64,000 nt of DNA. It comes from Patescibacteria group bacterium (GTDB lineage Bacteria; Patescibacteriota; Patescibacteriia; JBAZBY01). The position numbers and the translations under genes were made by a program. Below the pieces are notes generated by a model. It made no database searches and was not told the origin of the DNA. It saw nothing but the letters and a program-made list of their open reading frames with translations. The stretch covers positions 763,454-827,453 of the forward strand of contig JBAZBY010000001.1 in NCBI GenBank assembly GCA_041671225.1. Direction: 5' to 3'. Positions 9,996 to 17,889 of the stretch are shown here, in pieces; within the stretch, counting starts at the first letter, position 1, and every line of letters begins with the position of its first letter.

Positions 9996-10244
9996 TTACC
10001 TCAAAAGCTCGTCGCTCGTTACTCCCAACGCTTGAGCTATTTTCTCAATGGTGGCAAGCGTGGGGTTGCCTTTGCCCGATTCAATATTGCTCATTTGAGC
10101 ACGATCAAGCCCTACCGCACGGCAAACGTCGCCTTGCGACATTTCCTTTTGCTCGCGTATGCGCTTGATATTTTTACCAAGTCTGGACGTTGGGGTTCTT
10201 ATATTCACAGATGTAATATAGCCAGATATTGTGTCGTATGACAA
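9996..10244 (-). CDS. XRE-family helix-turn-helix transcriptional regulator (controller-like)
   Basis: LGKNIKRIREQKEMSQGDVCRAVGLDRAQMSNIESGKGNPTLATIEKIAQALGVTSDELL is a canonical HTH_XRE domain. It is the first gene of the minus-strand cassette. Confidence 0.75.
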   Translation of the reverse strand: MSYDTISGYITSVNIRTPTSRLGKNIKRIREQKEMSQGDVCRAVGLDRAQMSNIESGKGNPTLATIEKIAQALGVTSDELLR

Positions 10245-10275
10245 TAATGTGTTATATTACAAGTATGCTGAAATC

Positions 10276-10463
10276 GAAGCGACGGTAGTAAAACAAAGAT
10301 CTTCGTACTCTCAGATTTTCGCGCCCAAGAAAAGGGGCGGGGCGGAAGGGGGGTTTGGGGGGAATTCCGCCCCGCCCCTCCAAGAGAAGATTTTTTCATT
10401 TTTCCCCGTTTTTTCCTTCCTGCGTCTCAAAATAGGTTCGCGCGGCGCACAGTAAAGAGAGCC
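10276..10463. repeat. 188-bp inverted repeat, arm A' (reverse complement of 4990-5177)
   Basis: Perfect match over 188 bp. The likely promoter region of the HTH gene lies inside this arm. Confidence 0.9.
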
Positions 10464-10531
10464 AGCTCATACTTCTGGAATTTTCCGCCAAAATTTTCCA
10501 CGGCTTTTCCCAAGTCCACAGGGGCTTTCTG
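10459..10531. repeat. 73-bp inverted repeat, arm B (reverse complement of 12060-12132), with an imperfect extension to about 10557
   Basis: Verified by reverse-complement comparison. It shares the 5-nt GGCTC core (10459-10463) with arm A'. Confidence 0.85.
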
Positions 10532-10677
10532 CCAAGGAGGAGGCGGTTCGTGGCACGGAACGTGCCACCAAGGAATTTCTAAAAAACACATATTAGAAAT
10601 TTCTTGGTTCCAATGTTTTCCACGTTTCCGCCAAAGGCGGAAAGACGAAGCAAGATTTATTCTTCTGGCGAATCCCT

Positions 10678-12159
10678 ATGACATATTTCCTCTACGCAAG
10701 AAAATCCAGCGAGGACGAAGAACGCCAAGTGATGTCCATAGAGGCACAGCTTGTTGAATTGGAACAATTTGCAAAACGTGAGAACCTCACGATTGCCAAG
10801 CAGTTTGTGGAGAGTAAAAGTGCAAAAGCACCCGGCCGCGAAGTGTTCAACCACATGCTTTCCGCAATCTACAAAAGCAAGGAACCCGTTGGCATTCTTG
10901 CGTGGCATCCGGATCGTCTCGCGCGCAATTCCGTTGACGGCGGCCAAATCATTTATCTCGTTGATACTGGGAAGGTCATTGCGCTCAAGTTCCCGACATT
11001 TTGGTTTGAACCAACGCCGCAAGGATTGTTCATGTTGCAGGTGGCATTCGGGCAATCGAAATACTATTCAGACAACTTGTCCGAGAACGTAAAACGCGGG
11101 ATTCGCCAGAAGCTCCGCAAAGGAGAATGGCCCGGCCCTGCGCCGTTCGGATATGTGAATAATCGAAACACGCATAGTATTGATCCGGATCCGGTGAAAG
11201 CAAAAATCGTCCGGCGTATCTTTGAGGAGTATGCAACCGGAGAATACAACCTCCGCACGATTGGAGAACACTTTGCACTCTGGGGCGTGGTGAGCGCGTC
11301 CGGCAAACCTTTGGCAAAATCCACCCTGAAGCATCTGCTTACGCACCAAGCATATATTGGAACGATTATTTGGAGTGGTGAGCCGTATGAAGGTTCATTC
11401 CCGCCGTTGGTGCCAAAGGACGTGTTTGAGACCGTCCAGCACGTCATAAAAAGCCAAGAGAAGCGCAGGTACGTCCGCCGGAAGCATGATTTCTCATTCC
11501 TTGGCCTATTCCGCTGTGGAGAATGCGGCGGGGCGATTACGGCTCAACTTGCCAAGGGAAACGGCGGCACATACCGCTATTATCGTTGCACCAAAAAGTT
11601 TGGCCTGTGTAAACAGGGTTACATTCAGGAAAGTGATTTTGCAGTGCTTTTGAGAAAGGAAGTTAATCGTGTTGCGATTAACGAGCAGTGCGCCTCGCGC
11701 ATGCTTGAACAAGTGAAACTGTGGGAACGTGAAGAAAACGTTGATGGCGAAAAACATACGCGCGAAAGAAAAACGAAGTTGGAAGTGATTGACCAAAAAC
11801 TTGATACCCTCGTTAACGCCTTTCTTGAAGGTACGTTAGAAAAGGAAACCTACCTCAAAAAGAAAGCCGAACTAATTGACGCCAAAGCTGGCCTTCGGGA
11901 AGAAAAGGTATCTTTACAAGCGCGAGGCGCACAATGGATCGAACCACTACGAAACTGGATAAACCGCGCTCACCACGCCCAAAATCTTGCTTCGTCTGAT
12001 GATTTGAGCAAACTCAAATCATTCGTGGAAAACATTGGAACGAACCGCCTCCTCCTCGACAGAAAGCCCCTGTGGACTTGGGAAAAGCCGTGGAAAATTT
12101 TGGCGGAAAATTCCAGAAGTATGAGCTGGCTCGGGGACAGGGATTCGAACCCCGATTGA
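10678..12159 (+). CDS. large serine recombinase (integrase/resolvase family)
   Basis: The N-terminal resolvase catalytic domain is YARKSSEDEERQVMSIEAQ...AWHPDRLARN. A recombinase domain and a zinc ribbon (CGECGG...YYRCTKKFGLC) follow, then a C-terminal coiled coil. The last 33 nt overlap the tRNA 3' end and the att arm, so the true stop may lie earlier. Confidence 0.85.
   Translation: MTYFLYARKSSEDEERQVMSIEAQLVELEQFAKRENLTIAKQFVESKSAKAPGREVFNHMLSAIYKSKEPVGILAWHPDRLARNSVDGGQIIYLVDTGKVIALKFPTFWFEPTPQGLFMLQVAFGQSKYYSDNLSENVKRGIRQKLRKGEWPGPAPFGYVNNRNTHSIDPDPVKAKIVRRIFEEYATGEYNLRTIGEHFALWGVVSASGKPLAKSTLKHLLTHQAYIGTIIWSGEPYEGSFPPLVPKDVFETVQHVIKSQEKRRYVRRKHDFSFLGLFRCGECGGAITAQLAKGNGGTYRYYRCTKKFGLCKQGYIQESDFAVLLRKEVNRVAINEQCASRMLEQVKLWEREENVDGEKHTRERKTKLEVIDQKLDTLVNAFLEGTLEKETYLKKKAELIDAKAGLREEKVSLQARGAQWIEPLRNWINRAHHAQNLASSDDLSKLKSFVENIGTNRLLLDRKPLWTWEKPWKILAENSRSMSWLGDRDSNPD
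12060..12132. repeat. 73-bp inverted repeat, arm B'; abuts and includes the last 5 nt of tRNA-Gln
   Basis: Perfect reverse complement of 10459-10531. An imperfect extension runs from 12033 to 12059. Confidence 0.85.
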
Positions 12160-12200
12160 CGGCGCCAAAGGCCGCTGTCCTACCATTAGACGATCCCCGA
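12127..12200 (-). tRNA. tRNA-Gln (anticodon UUG), 74 nt including encoded CCA
   Basis: The reverse complement reads TCGGGGA-TC-GTCTAATGGTAGGAC-A-GCGGC-CTTTGGC-GCCGT-CAAT-CGGGG-TTCGAAT-CCCTG-TCCCCGA-G-CCA. The 7-bp acceptor stem and a GGTTCGAATCC T-arm are present, and the anticodon loop CUUUGGC gives anticodon UUG. Confidence 0.8.
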
Positions 12201-12337
12201 ATGGATCTCGCCAGCGAGCATACCAAACGCGTGCAGCAGTGTAAAGTGCATTTGACGGGGCATTCTATCCAAACTAGGATGCAAACATTCGGCATTTTCG
12301 CCGACGCTCTGTCACATTCCTGAAAGGGGCCATTACC

Positions 12338-13873
12338 GTGGCAACTTCCACTGCTCCCAACCGAGTCGTGATCCTGAAACCGAGCAAGTATCGGGTTGGA
12401 GGCGCGGTGGAAAGGTTCCGCCGCGGTTTCATGCCCAACTCTACCCTCAATCATTTGCAGGCGTTGACGCCGGCATCTGTCGGGGGGCGACTGCTCGAGG
12501 TCGTGACCATCGATGAGTACATCGAAACCGATCTCAAGTACCTGGATGAGCTCAACCCTGAGACCTGTCTGGTGTTTGTTCTTGCTGGCGTGCAGTCACA
12601 CCAGTACAACCGTGCGCTGGATCTGGCCGCGTTGGCGTTGAGTCGCGGCGTGGCCAACGTCATCATCGGCGGACCGCACGCCATGACGTGCCACACAGAG
12701 TCCGAGGAGGGTCGCGGCCTGTCATTCGCACATTGCGAGGCTGAGCTTGTTTGGGAGACCATCCTAGCGGATGCGGTCTCCGGCAAACTACGGCCGACGT
12801 ACGGCGATACGCAACGGTGGCAGCGCCAGCTCATCACCAAGCCGCTGATTCCGCCGACACCGCAAGAGATGCGTCGTTACGTGATTCCGCAGATGGGGAT
12901 CTACCCCTCCCGCGGATGTCCGTATCGGTGCACATTCTGCTCTGTCACGCAGCTCGCTGGGCGCGTGCTCCGCAACGAGCCTTTGGAGGTAACGCTCCAA
13001 ACGCTTCGCGCGGCCAAGGCTGCTGGCGTACGCATGATCATGTTCACCCCGGACAACTTCAACAAGATCCCGGGCATTGAACATCTCTTGCGTGCGATGA
13101 TCGCGGAAGATCTGCGTATCCCGTTCTTCGTGCAGTGCGATACGCAGGTCATGAAGCAGCCGGAGCTCATTGCCCTCATGGCGAGGGCGGGGTGCTACCA
13201 GATGTTCCTCGGGGTTGAATCCTTCAACCGCGCCGTGTTGCTTGCCGCTGGCAAGACGCAGAACCATCCGTCGCAGTATCGACTGATCGTGGATCTCTGC
13301 GAGAAGAACGGCATCCTGTGCCACTTTTCCAACATTGTCGGGTTCCCTGAGCAGCATGAGAAGGACATCCTCGAACATCTGGCGACGATCCTGCAGATCA
13401 ACCCGCACGTGGCCTCGTTCTACATCCTCACCCCGATTCCCGGAAGTGAGCAGTACGCGGACTTTCTGGCGCGCGGGATGATCACCGAGGTGAACATGGA
13501 TCGGTACGACGGAACGTGCGTGACATGGCGTCACCCGCACATCCCACCGGAGCGCATCGTTGACTTGCTCTTCGAATGCTACGCCGCGTTCTACGCGGAA
13601 GAGCGGGCGGCGTTCCTGCCGCCGGAAGCGTTCTGGGCAAAGACCCCGGATATCTCGCGTGATGCGCACAGGGCATACTGCGCGTTCTCACGGAAGGTCA
13701 TCCAGGAGCGTCACCATCCGATGTCCGGCGGATTCGGCCTTGTGGAGGTCGATAATGCGGCAGACTACGCCGCCCTGCGCCGAGAACGCTTCGGGTTTGA
13801 GATGGCACCGCTCCCGCTGCGTCGCGAGATCAACATGGAGGAAATGGATCTCTACGACAGCTCGAGAGCGTGA
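12338..13873 (+). CDS. B12-binding domain-containing radical SAM protein (class B radical SAM methyltransferase-like)
   Basis: A GTG start follows GAAAGGGG. The N-terminal domain is Rossmann/B12-binding-like. The radical SAM cluster motif SRGCPYRCTFCS (CxxxCxxC) is present. GC is about 62%. Confidence 0.7.
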   Translation: MATSTAPNRVVILKPSKYRVGGAVERFRRGFMPNSTLNHLQALTPASVGGRLLEVVTIDEYIETDLKYLDELNPETCLVFVLAGVQSHQYNRALDLAALALSRGVANVIIGGPHAMTCHTESEEGRGLSFAHCEAELVWETILADAVSGKLRPTYGDTQRWQRQLITKPLIPPTPQEMRRYVIPQMGIYPSRGCPYRCTFCSVTQLAGRVLRNEPLEVTLQTLRAAKAAGVRMIMFTPDNFNKIPGIEHLLRAMIAEDLRIPFFVQCDTQVMKQPELIALMARAGCYQMFLGVESFNRAVLLAAGKTQNHPSQYRLIVDLCEKNGILCHFSNIVGFPEQHEKDILEHLATILQINPHVASFYILTPIPGSEQYADFLARGMITEVNMDRYDGTCVTWRHPHIPPERIVDLLFECYAAFYAEERAAFLPPEAFWAKTPDISRDAHRAYCAFSRKVIQERHHPMSGGFGLVEVDNAADYAALRRERFGFEMAPLPLRREINMEEMDLYDSSRA

Positions 13874-14059
13874 TACGTTCATTCACCACTTGTGCTCTGG
13901 CGTTGCCTCACCGCAGCGCCAGAGCCCACTCACCCATTTCCTATGCGGGGATCTTTGCTATACTCTATATCTATGACATGGGTTATTTGCTAGGAATGCG
14001 GAATTTCGCTAGCTGAAGATGCGCGGAGCAAATTTTCTTATGCAAGCTATATTTTATCC

Positions 14060-14740
14060 ATGAATAAAAATACCACCGCCATTATCTTTGACTTCAACGG
14101 TGTGTTGCTTTGGGATGCAGAGCAACACAAAGAAGCATGGAATATCATGGCTGTGAAGCTTCGCAATACGCCATTTACTGATGAAGAACTTGCAGAACAT
14201 ATGTATGGTCGCGTGAACCGTGACATTATTGCATACCTTTTACGCCGTGCTCCAACACCAAAAGAGACCGCCGTATTCATTGAAGAGAAAGAAAGTATGT
14301 ATCGCGCCATTCAGCAGAAGCGGGGGAGCGCTTTTGCGCTTTCACCCGGTGCCATCCCTTTTCTGGATGTACTGAAAGAACAAAATATTCCACGCACCAT
14401 TGCCACATCATCAGAAATCGTTAATGTGCGTTTTTTCTTTGCACATCTGGATTTGGCACGCTGGTTTTCGTTTGAAGATGTGGTGTATGATGATGGCGTG
14501 CGCAACGGCAAGCCCGCACCAGATATTTACCTTGCCGCAGCAGAACACATCGGCATTATACCGCAGCAATGCATGGTCATAGAAGATGCATCATCGGGTA
14601 TTGCCGCAGCACATGCCGCGGAGATTGGCCGCATCATTGCCTTGGGACCGGCAGAACGGCATGCCGCCCTTGCCGCACTCCCTGGCGTGGATGATGTCAT
14701 CACAACTCTTGCAGAGATAAACATCAATGAGCTTTTATGA
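14060..14740 (+). CDS. HAD-superfamily hydrolase (beta-phosphoglucomutase-like)
   Basis: Motif I is IIFDFNGVL (DxD-type), with downstream HAD motifs. Confidence 0.7.
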   Translation: MNKNTTAIIFDFNGVLLWDAEQHKEAWNIMAVKLRNTPFTDEELAEHMYGRVNRDIIAYLLRRAPTPKETAVFIEEKESMYRAIQQKRGSAFALSPGAIPFLDVLKEQNIPRTIATSSEIVNVRFFFAHLDLARWFSFEDVVYDDGVRNGKPAPDIYLAAAEHIGIIPQQCMVIEDASSGIAAAHAAEIGRIIALGPAERHAALAALPGVDDVITTLAEININELL

Positions 14741-15456
14741 CCCCTATCACGCACGAACAACAAAAACGACTTTGGGAAGAAGAACATGCCAAACCTTTTT
14801 TGTTTGACGCAATGAACAGTACAGATCCATCCAGCGGGGTGGTGAAGTTTTGGGATTGGTTGCAGCAACGCGGCCCGCAGAAGGATCTGGAGGGTCTTGA
14901 ATGCGCATGCGGCAAGGGAAGGAATGTCATTTGGCTTGCGCAGCAGGCGGCCGTGCGCAAGATGCATGGGTTTGATTTTTCCACGGTTGCCATTACCGAG
15001 GCGATCAAGCGTGCCGCAGTAGCGGACGAGGAAACCGCAACATCCTTTAAGATCCATGATGCAACAATACCATGGCCATATGCAGACAACACTTTTGATT
15101 TTGCGCTTGATATTTTTGCCTCAACCGATATCGAATCCCCGGAAGGACGGGCATTTATGCGTCAGGAATTTTTGCGTGTCTTGAAGCCAGGTGGGTATCT
15201 TTTGCTTTATACTCTCTCCACTGATGATGGTTTTCATGGAGAAATGATGAAGGAGTCTCCTGGCGACCAAAAAAATTCTTTTTACCATCCCACCACCGGG
15301 AAGTTCGAAAAGATTTTTGACCGCGAGGAGTTGGCGGCGCTCTATGCGGATTTCACCGTTGTTGCGGAAGATCGCGTTGAGAAGATGGCAACGTTCTTCG
15401 GTAAGGCGTATCCCATGAAGCATTTCTGGATGGTCTTGCAGAAGCCGTCAGCGTGA
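14737..15456 (+). CDS. class I SAM-dependent methyltransferase
   Basis: Motif I LECACGKGRN matches ExGxGxG. The post-I motif is LKPGGYLLL. The start overlaps the previous stop (ATGA). Confidence 0.65.
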   Translation: MTPITHEQQKRLWEEEHAKPFLFDAMNSTDPSSGVVKFWDWLQQRGPQKDLEGLECACGKGRNVIWLAQQAAVRKMHGFDFSTVAITEAIKRAAVADEETATSFKIHDATIPWPYADNTFDFALDIFASTDIESPEGRAFMRQEFLRVLKPGGYLLLYTLSTDDGFHGEMMKESPGDQKNSFYHPTTGKFEKIFDREELAALYADFTVVAEDRVEKMATFFGKAYPMKHFWMVLQKPSA

Positions 15457-15635
15457 ACCTTTTGCCCGCGCAACAGACTCATTGTTTTGCATCTGCCAGA
15501 GCCGCAAGAAGAGGTTTTTTGGGTATTGACATACGCGATAAGAAGTGTAGTGTCCTATTGCAGTTTACGCGCAATCCCGTCCAAAGGGGTTGATTTCAAT
15601 GCCCTTTGACAGGTGAAAAACCTGGAGAAGGGGGG

Positions 15636-17786
15636 ATGCTAACCATGAGGAGAAACGGCATGAGACGGAACGTGAAGTTCTCTATGCTCATCGCAGCGGC
15701 GGCCATCTTGCTGGCAGCTGCTACGGCGAGTGCCACGACATATGTTGTGAAACCTGACGGCACGGGGGACTACCCCACCATCCAGGCGGCGATCGCGGCT
15801 GTCGCCAACGGCAGCATCATCGAGCTCACCGACGGCACCTTCATTGGTGCCGGCAATCGTGACATCGACTTCGCGGGAAAGGCGATCACAGTCCGTTCCC
15901 AAAGCGGGAACGCGGAAGCCTGTGTTATTGATTGCCAGGGGTCGATGTCTACGCCTTACATCGGAGTCTACTTCGACTCTGGTGAGGGCGTGAACTCCAA
16001 GCTGGCCGATATCAAGATAATCAACGGTTTCAGCAGTTTCACCTATCAGCCGTTGGCGATCTACGTGTATAGCGCTGGCCCAACGATTGACGGATGTGTC
16101 TTCGTGGACAACGGGATCTATGTCTCTGGGTATGCGAGTCCGCAGTTCGTGCGGAACACATTCCGGGACTTCAACTCGGGCGGGATGATGCAGCCTCCGA
16201 TTTCCGTGACGAACACAAGCTCAAGCGTGGCAACGTTGACCATCGAGGACAATGTGTTCAAGGACTGCACATTCGGTGGCCAGTACTCGTCTGGGACAGC
16301 GATCTCGGTGAGCGGGACGGGGTCGGCCACCAACACTGCCTACATCAGACGCAACGTCTTCGAAAATCTCAACGGAACCGCAGTCGCTCTAGGTGGAACC
16401 GGCGATGTCACGGTCTGGGGTCATCTCGACGACAACGTCATCAAGGCGTGCGGCAACTCGATGATGTCCACTCCGGCCGTAAGCATTTCTACCAACAGTA
16501 CCTCGGACACCCACATGCTTATGTCAGGCAACGTCTTCGTTGACTGCCAGTCAGCCGCCATCAAGACCTGGGGGTACAACCCCAACATCTGGGTAGCGGT
16601 TGATTCCACGACCATTACAGGTTGTGATGCTGGGATCATCAAGGGTACCGCGGTGGCGTCGCTGGCCATCAGCCACACCATCCTGTGGAACACCGATGAC
16701 CTGAACGGCGTGCTGTCGTCCGAAGTCAGCTGTTCCGATATCGGCAACGGCGACTTCCTCGGCGTGAACGGTAACTTCAGTGACGATCCGATGTTCTGCG
16801 ACGCAGCGAACGGAGACTTCCAGATCAACGTTAAGTCGTCGTGCGTCACTGGGTACGGTTGCGGGTTGGTCGGTGCTCTGGGGGTTGGCTGCGATGTCGT
16901 GATCACCGAGGTCAAGGACATCCCGAACGATCAAGGACGGCGTGTGCTTGGTACGTGGCTGGCGGCTTTTGCCGATACTGGCAGCGTGTCCGAGTACACC
17001 ATCTGGGGAAAGTACGAGTACAGTGCCAAGGGTGACCTCACCACGCTCTCGTATCCGCCCGGCACGTGGTACTACGTCATGACTGTCCCGGCTTGCGAGG
17101 AGAGTGTGTACAGTGCAGTATGGCCGACGCTGGCAGATTCGAATGCGGCCGGCATGCAGTACAGCACGTTCTTCGTGAGAGCCAAGATCGGGAACTCGTA
17201 TCTGGATTCGGATCCTGCTTCTGGCTACTCGGTGGACAATCTTCCGCCCAGCGTCCCGGGAGGATTCGCTGGGGAGTTCGATGCCGGCTTGACGGTTCTG
17301 ACGTGGGATGAGGCCCTGGAGGGGGATTTCAACCACTACAAGGTCTACAGCGGGTCGAGCGCCGACTTCATCCCCGGGCCCGGCAACCTGCTGGGTGCGG
17401 TGATTGAACCGACGTTCTCTGATGCCAGTTGGGGGCTGTATTACAAGGTGAGCGTCGTGGACTTCAACGGCAACGAGAGCGCCTTCGCGCTCTTGAGGCC
17501 GGAAGAAGTCACAGGCGTGAAGGAGACCGGCGCGGTACCGGTGATGGCGCTTGCGCCGCTCACCAATCCGCTCCGGGGGCAGATGTCCCTCTCGTTCTCA
17601 CTCGCCTCGGACCTGCCGGGGGAGATCGTCGTCTATGATCTCGCCGGACGTCGCGTGGCCGGGAAGCGGGTCTCGGGTGCCGGTGCGCAGACGATGTCCT
17701 TCGGCGACTTGCCGTCGGGTATCTACTGGGCACGCCTTACCCAAGGCGTGGCCCAGGTGACGGCCAAGGTGGTCGTCATCCAGTAG
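15636..17786 (+). CDS. secreted right-handed parallel beta-helix protein with a C-terminal FlgD-Ig/T9SS-type sorting domain
   Basis: SD GGAGAAGGGGGG precedes the ATG at 15636. The signal peptide is MLIAAAAILLAAATASA. Repetitive beta-helix-like G/N/T-rich segments follow. The C-terminal tail EIVVYDLAGRRVAGKRV...LPSGIYWARL...AKVVVIQ is the sorting domain. GC is about 62%. Confidence 0.6.
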   Translation: MLTMRRNGMRRNVKFSMLIAAAAILLAAATASATTYVVKPDGTGDYPTIQAAIAAVANGSIIELTDGTFIGAGNRDIDFAGKAITVRSQSGNAEACVIDCQGSMSTPYIGVYFDSGEGVNSKLADIKIINGFSSFTYQPLAIYVYSAGPTIDGCVFVDNGIYVSGYASPQFVRNTFRDFNSGGMMQPPISVTNTSSSVATLTIEDNVFKDCTFGGQYSSGTAISVSGTGSATNTAYIRRNVFENLNGTAVALGGTGDVTVWGHLDDNVIKACGNSMMSTPAVSISTNSTSDTHMLMSGNVFVDCQSAAIKTWGYNPNIWVAVDSTTITGCDAGIIKGTAVASLAISHTILWNTDDLNGVLSSEVSCSDIGNGDFLGVNGNFSDDPMFCDAANGDFQINVKSSCVTGYGCGLVGALGVGCDVVITEVKDIPNDQGRRVLGTWLAAFADTGSVSEYTIWGKYEYSAKGDLTTLSYPPGTWYYVMTVPACEESVYSAVWPTLADSNAAGMQYSTFFVRAKIGNSYLDSDPASGYSVDNLPPSVPGGFAGEFDAGLTVLTWDEALEGDFNHYKVYSGSSADFIPGPGNLLGAVIEPTFSDASWGLYYKVSVVDFNGNESAFALLRPEEVTGVKETGAVPVMALAPLTNPLRGQMSLSFSLASDLPGEIVVYDLAGRRVAGKRVSGAGAQTMSFGDLPSGIYWARLTQGVAQVTAKVVVIQ

Positions 17787-17889
17787 TTTCTTTAGGCAGG
17801 TTTTCTGCCATAGGTGGGGTCGTGCGCATGCGCGACTCCACCATTTTTGTATGCTTGAAAAATCAGCGGAAATACGCGATGATACGTAC

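Larger units (their letters stand above)
4762..12139. mobile_element. about 7.4 kb integrative genomic island at the tRNA-Gln 3' end
   Basis: A 13-nt direct repeat of the tRNA 3' end sits at both ends. The integrase lies next to the tRNA. The AT-rich cargo contrasts with the flanks. Nested inverted repeats carry att-like junctions that share GGCTC. Confidence 0.55.

Noticed and set aside
10657-11447. Minus-strand ORFs inside the serine recombinase gene
   Set aside because: They are antisense to a CDS with clear resolvase catalytic and zinc-ribbon motifs.
12451-13976. Multiple ORFs antisense to or overlapping the radical SAM gene (for example 12788-13669 minus, 13560-13976 plus)
   Set aside because: These are typical spurious open frames in 62% GC sequence. 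They are Arg/Pro-rich with no motifs, and the sense-strand gene has clear CxxxCxxC and B12-domain features.
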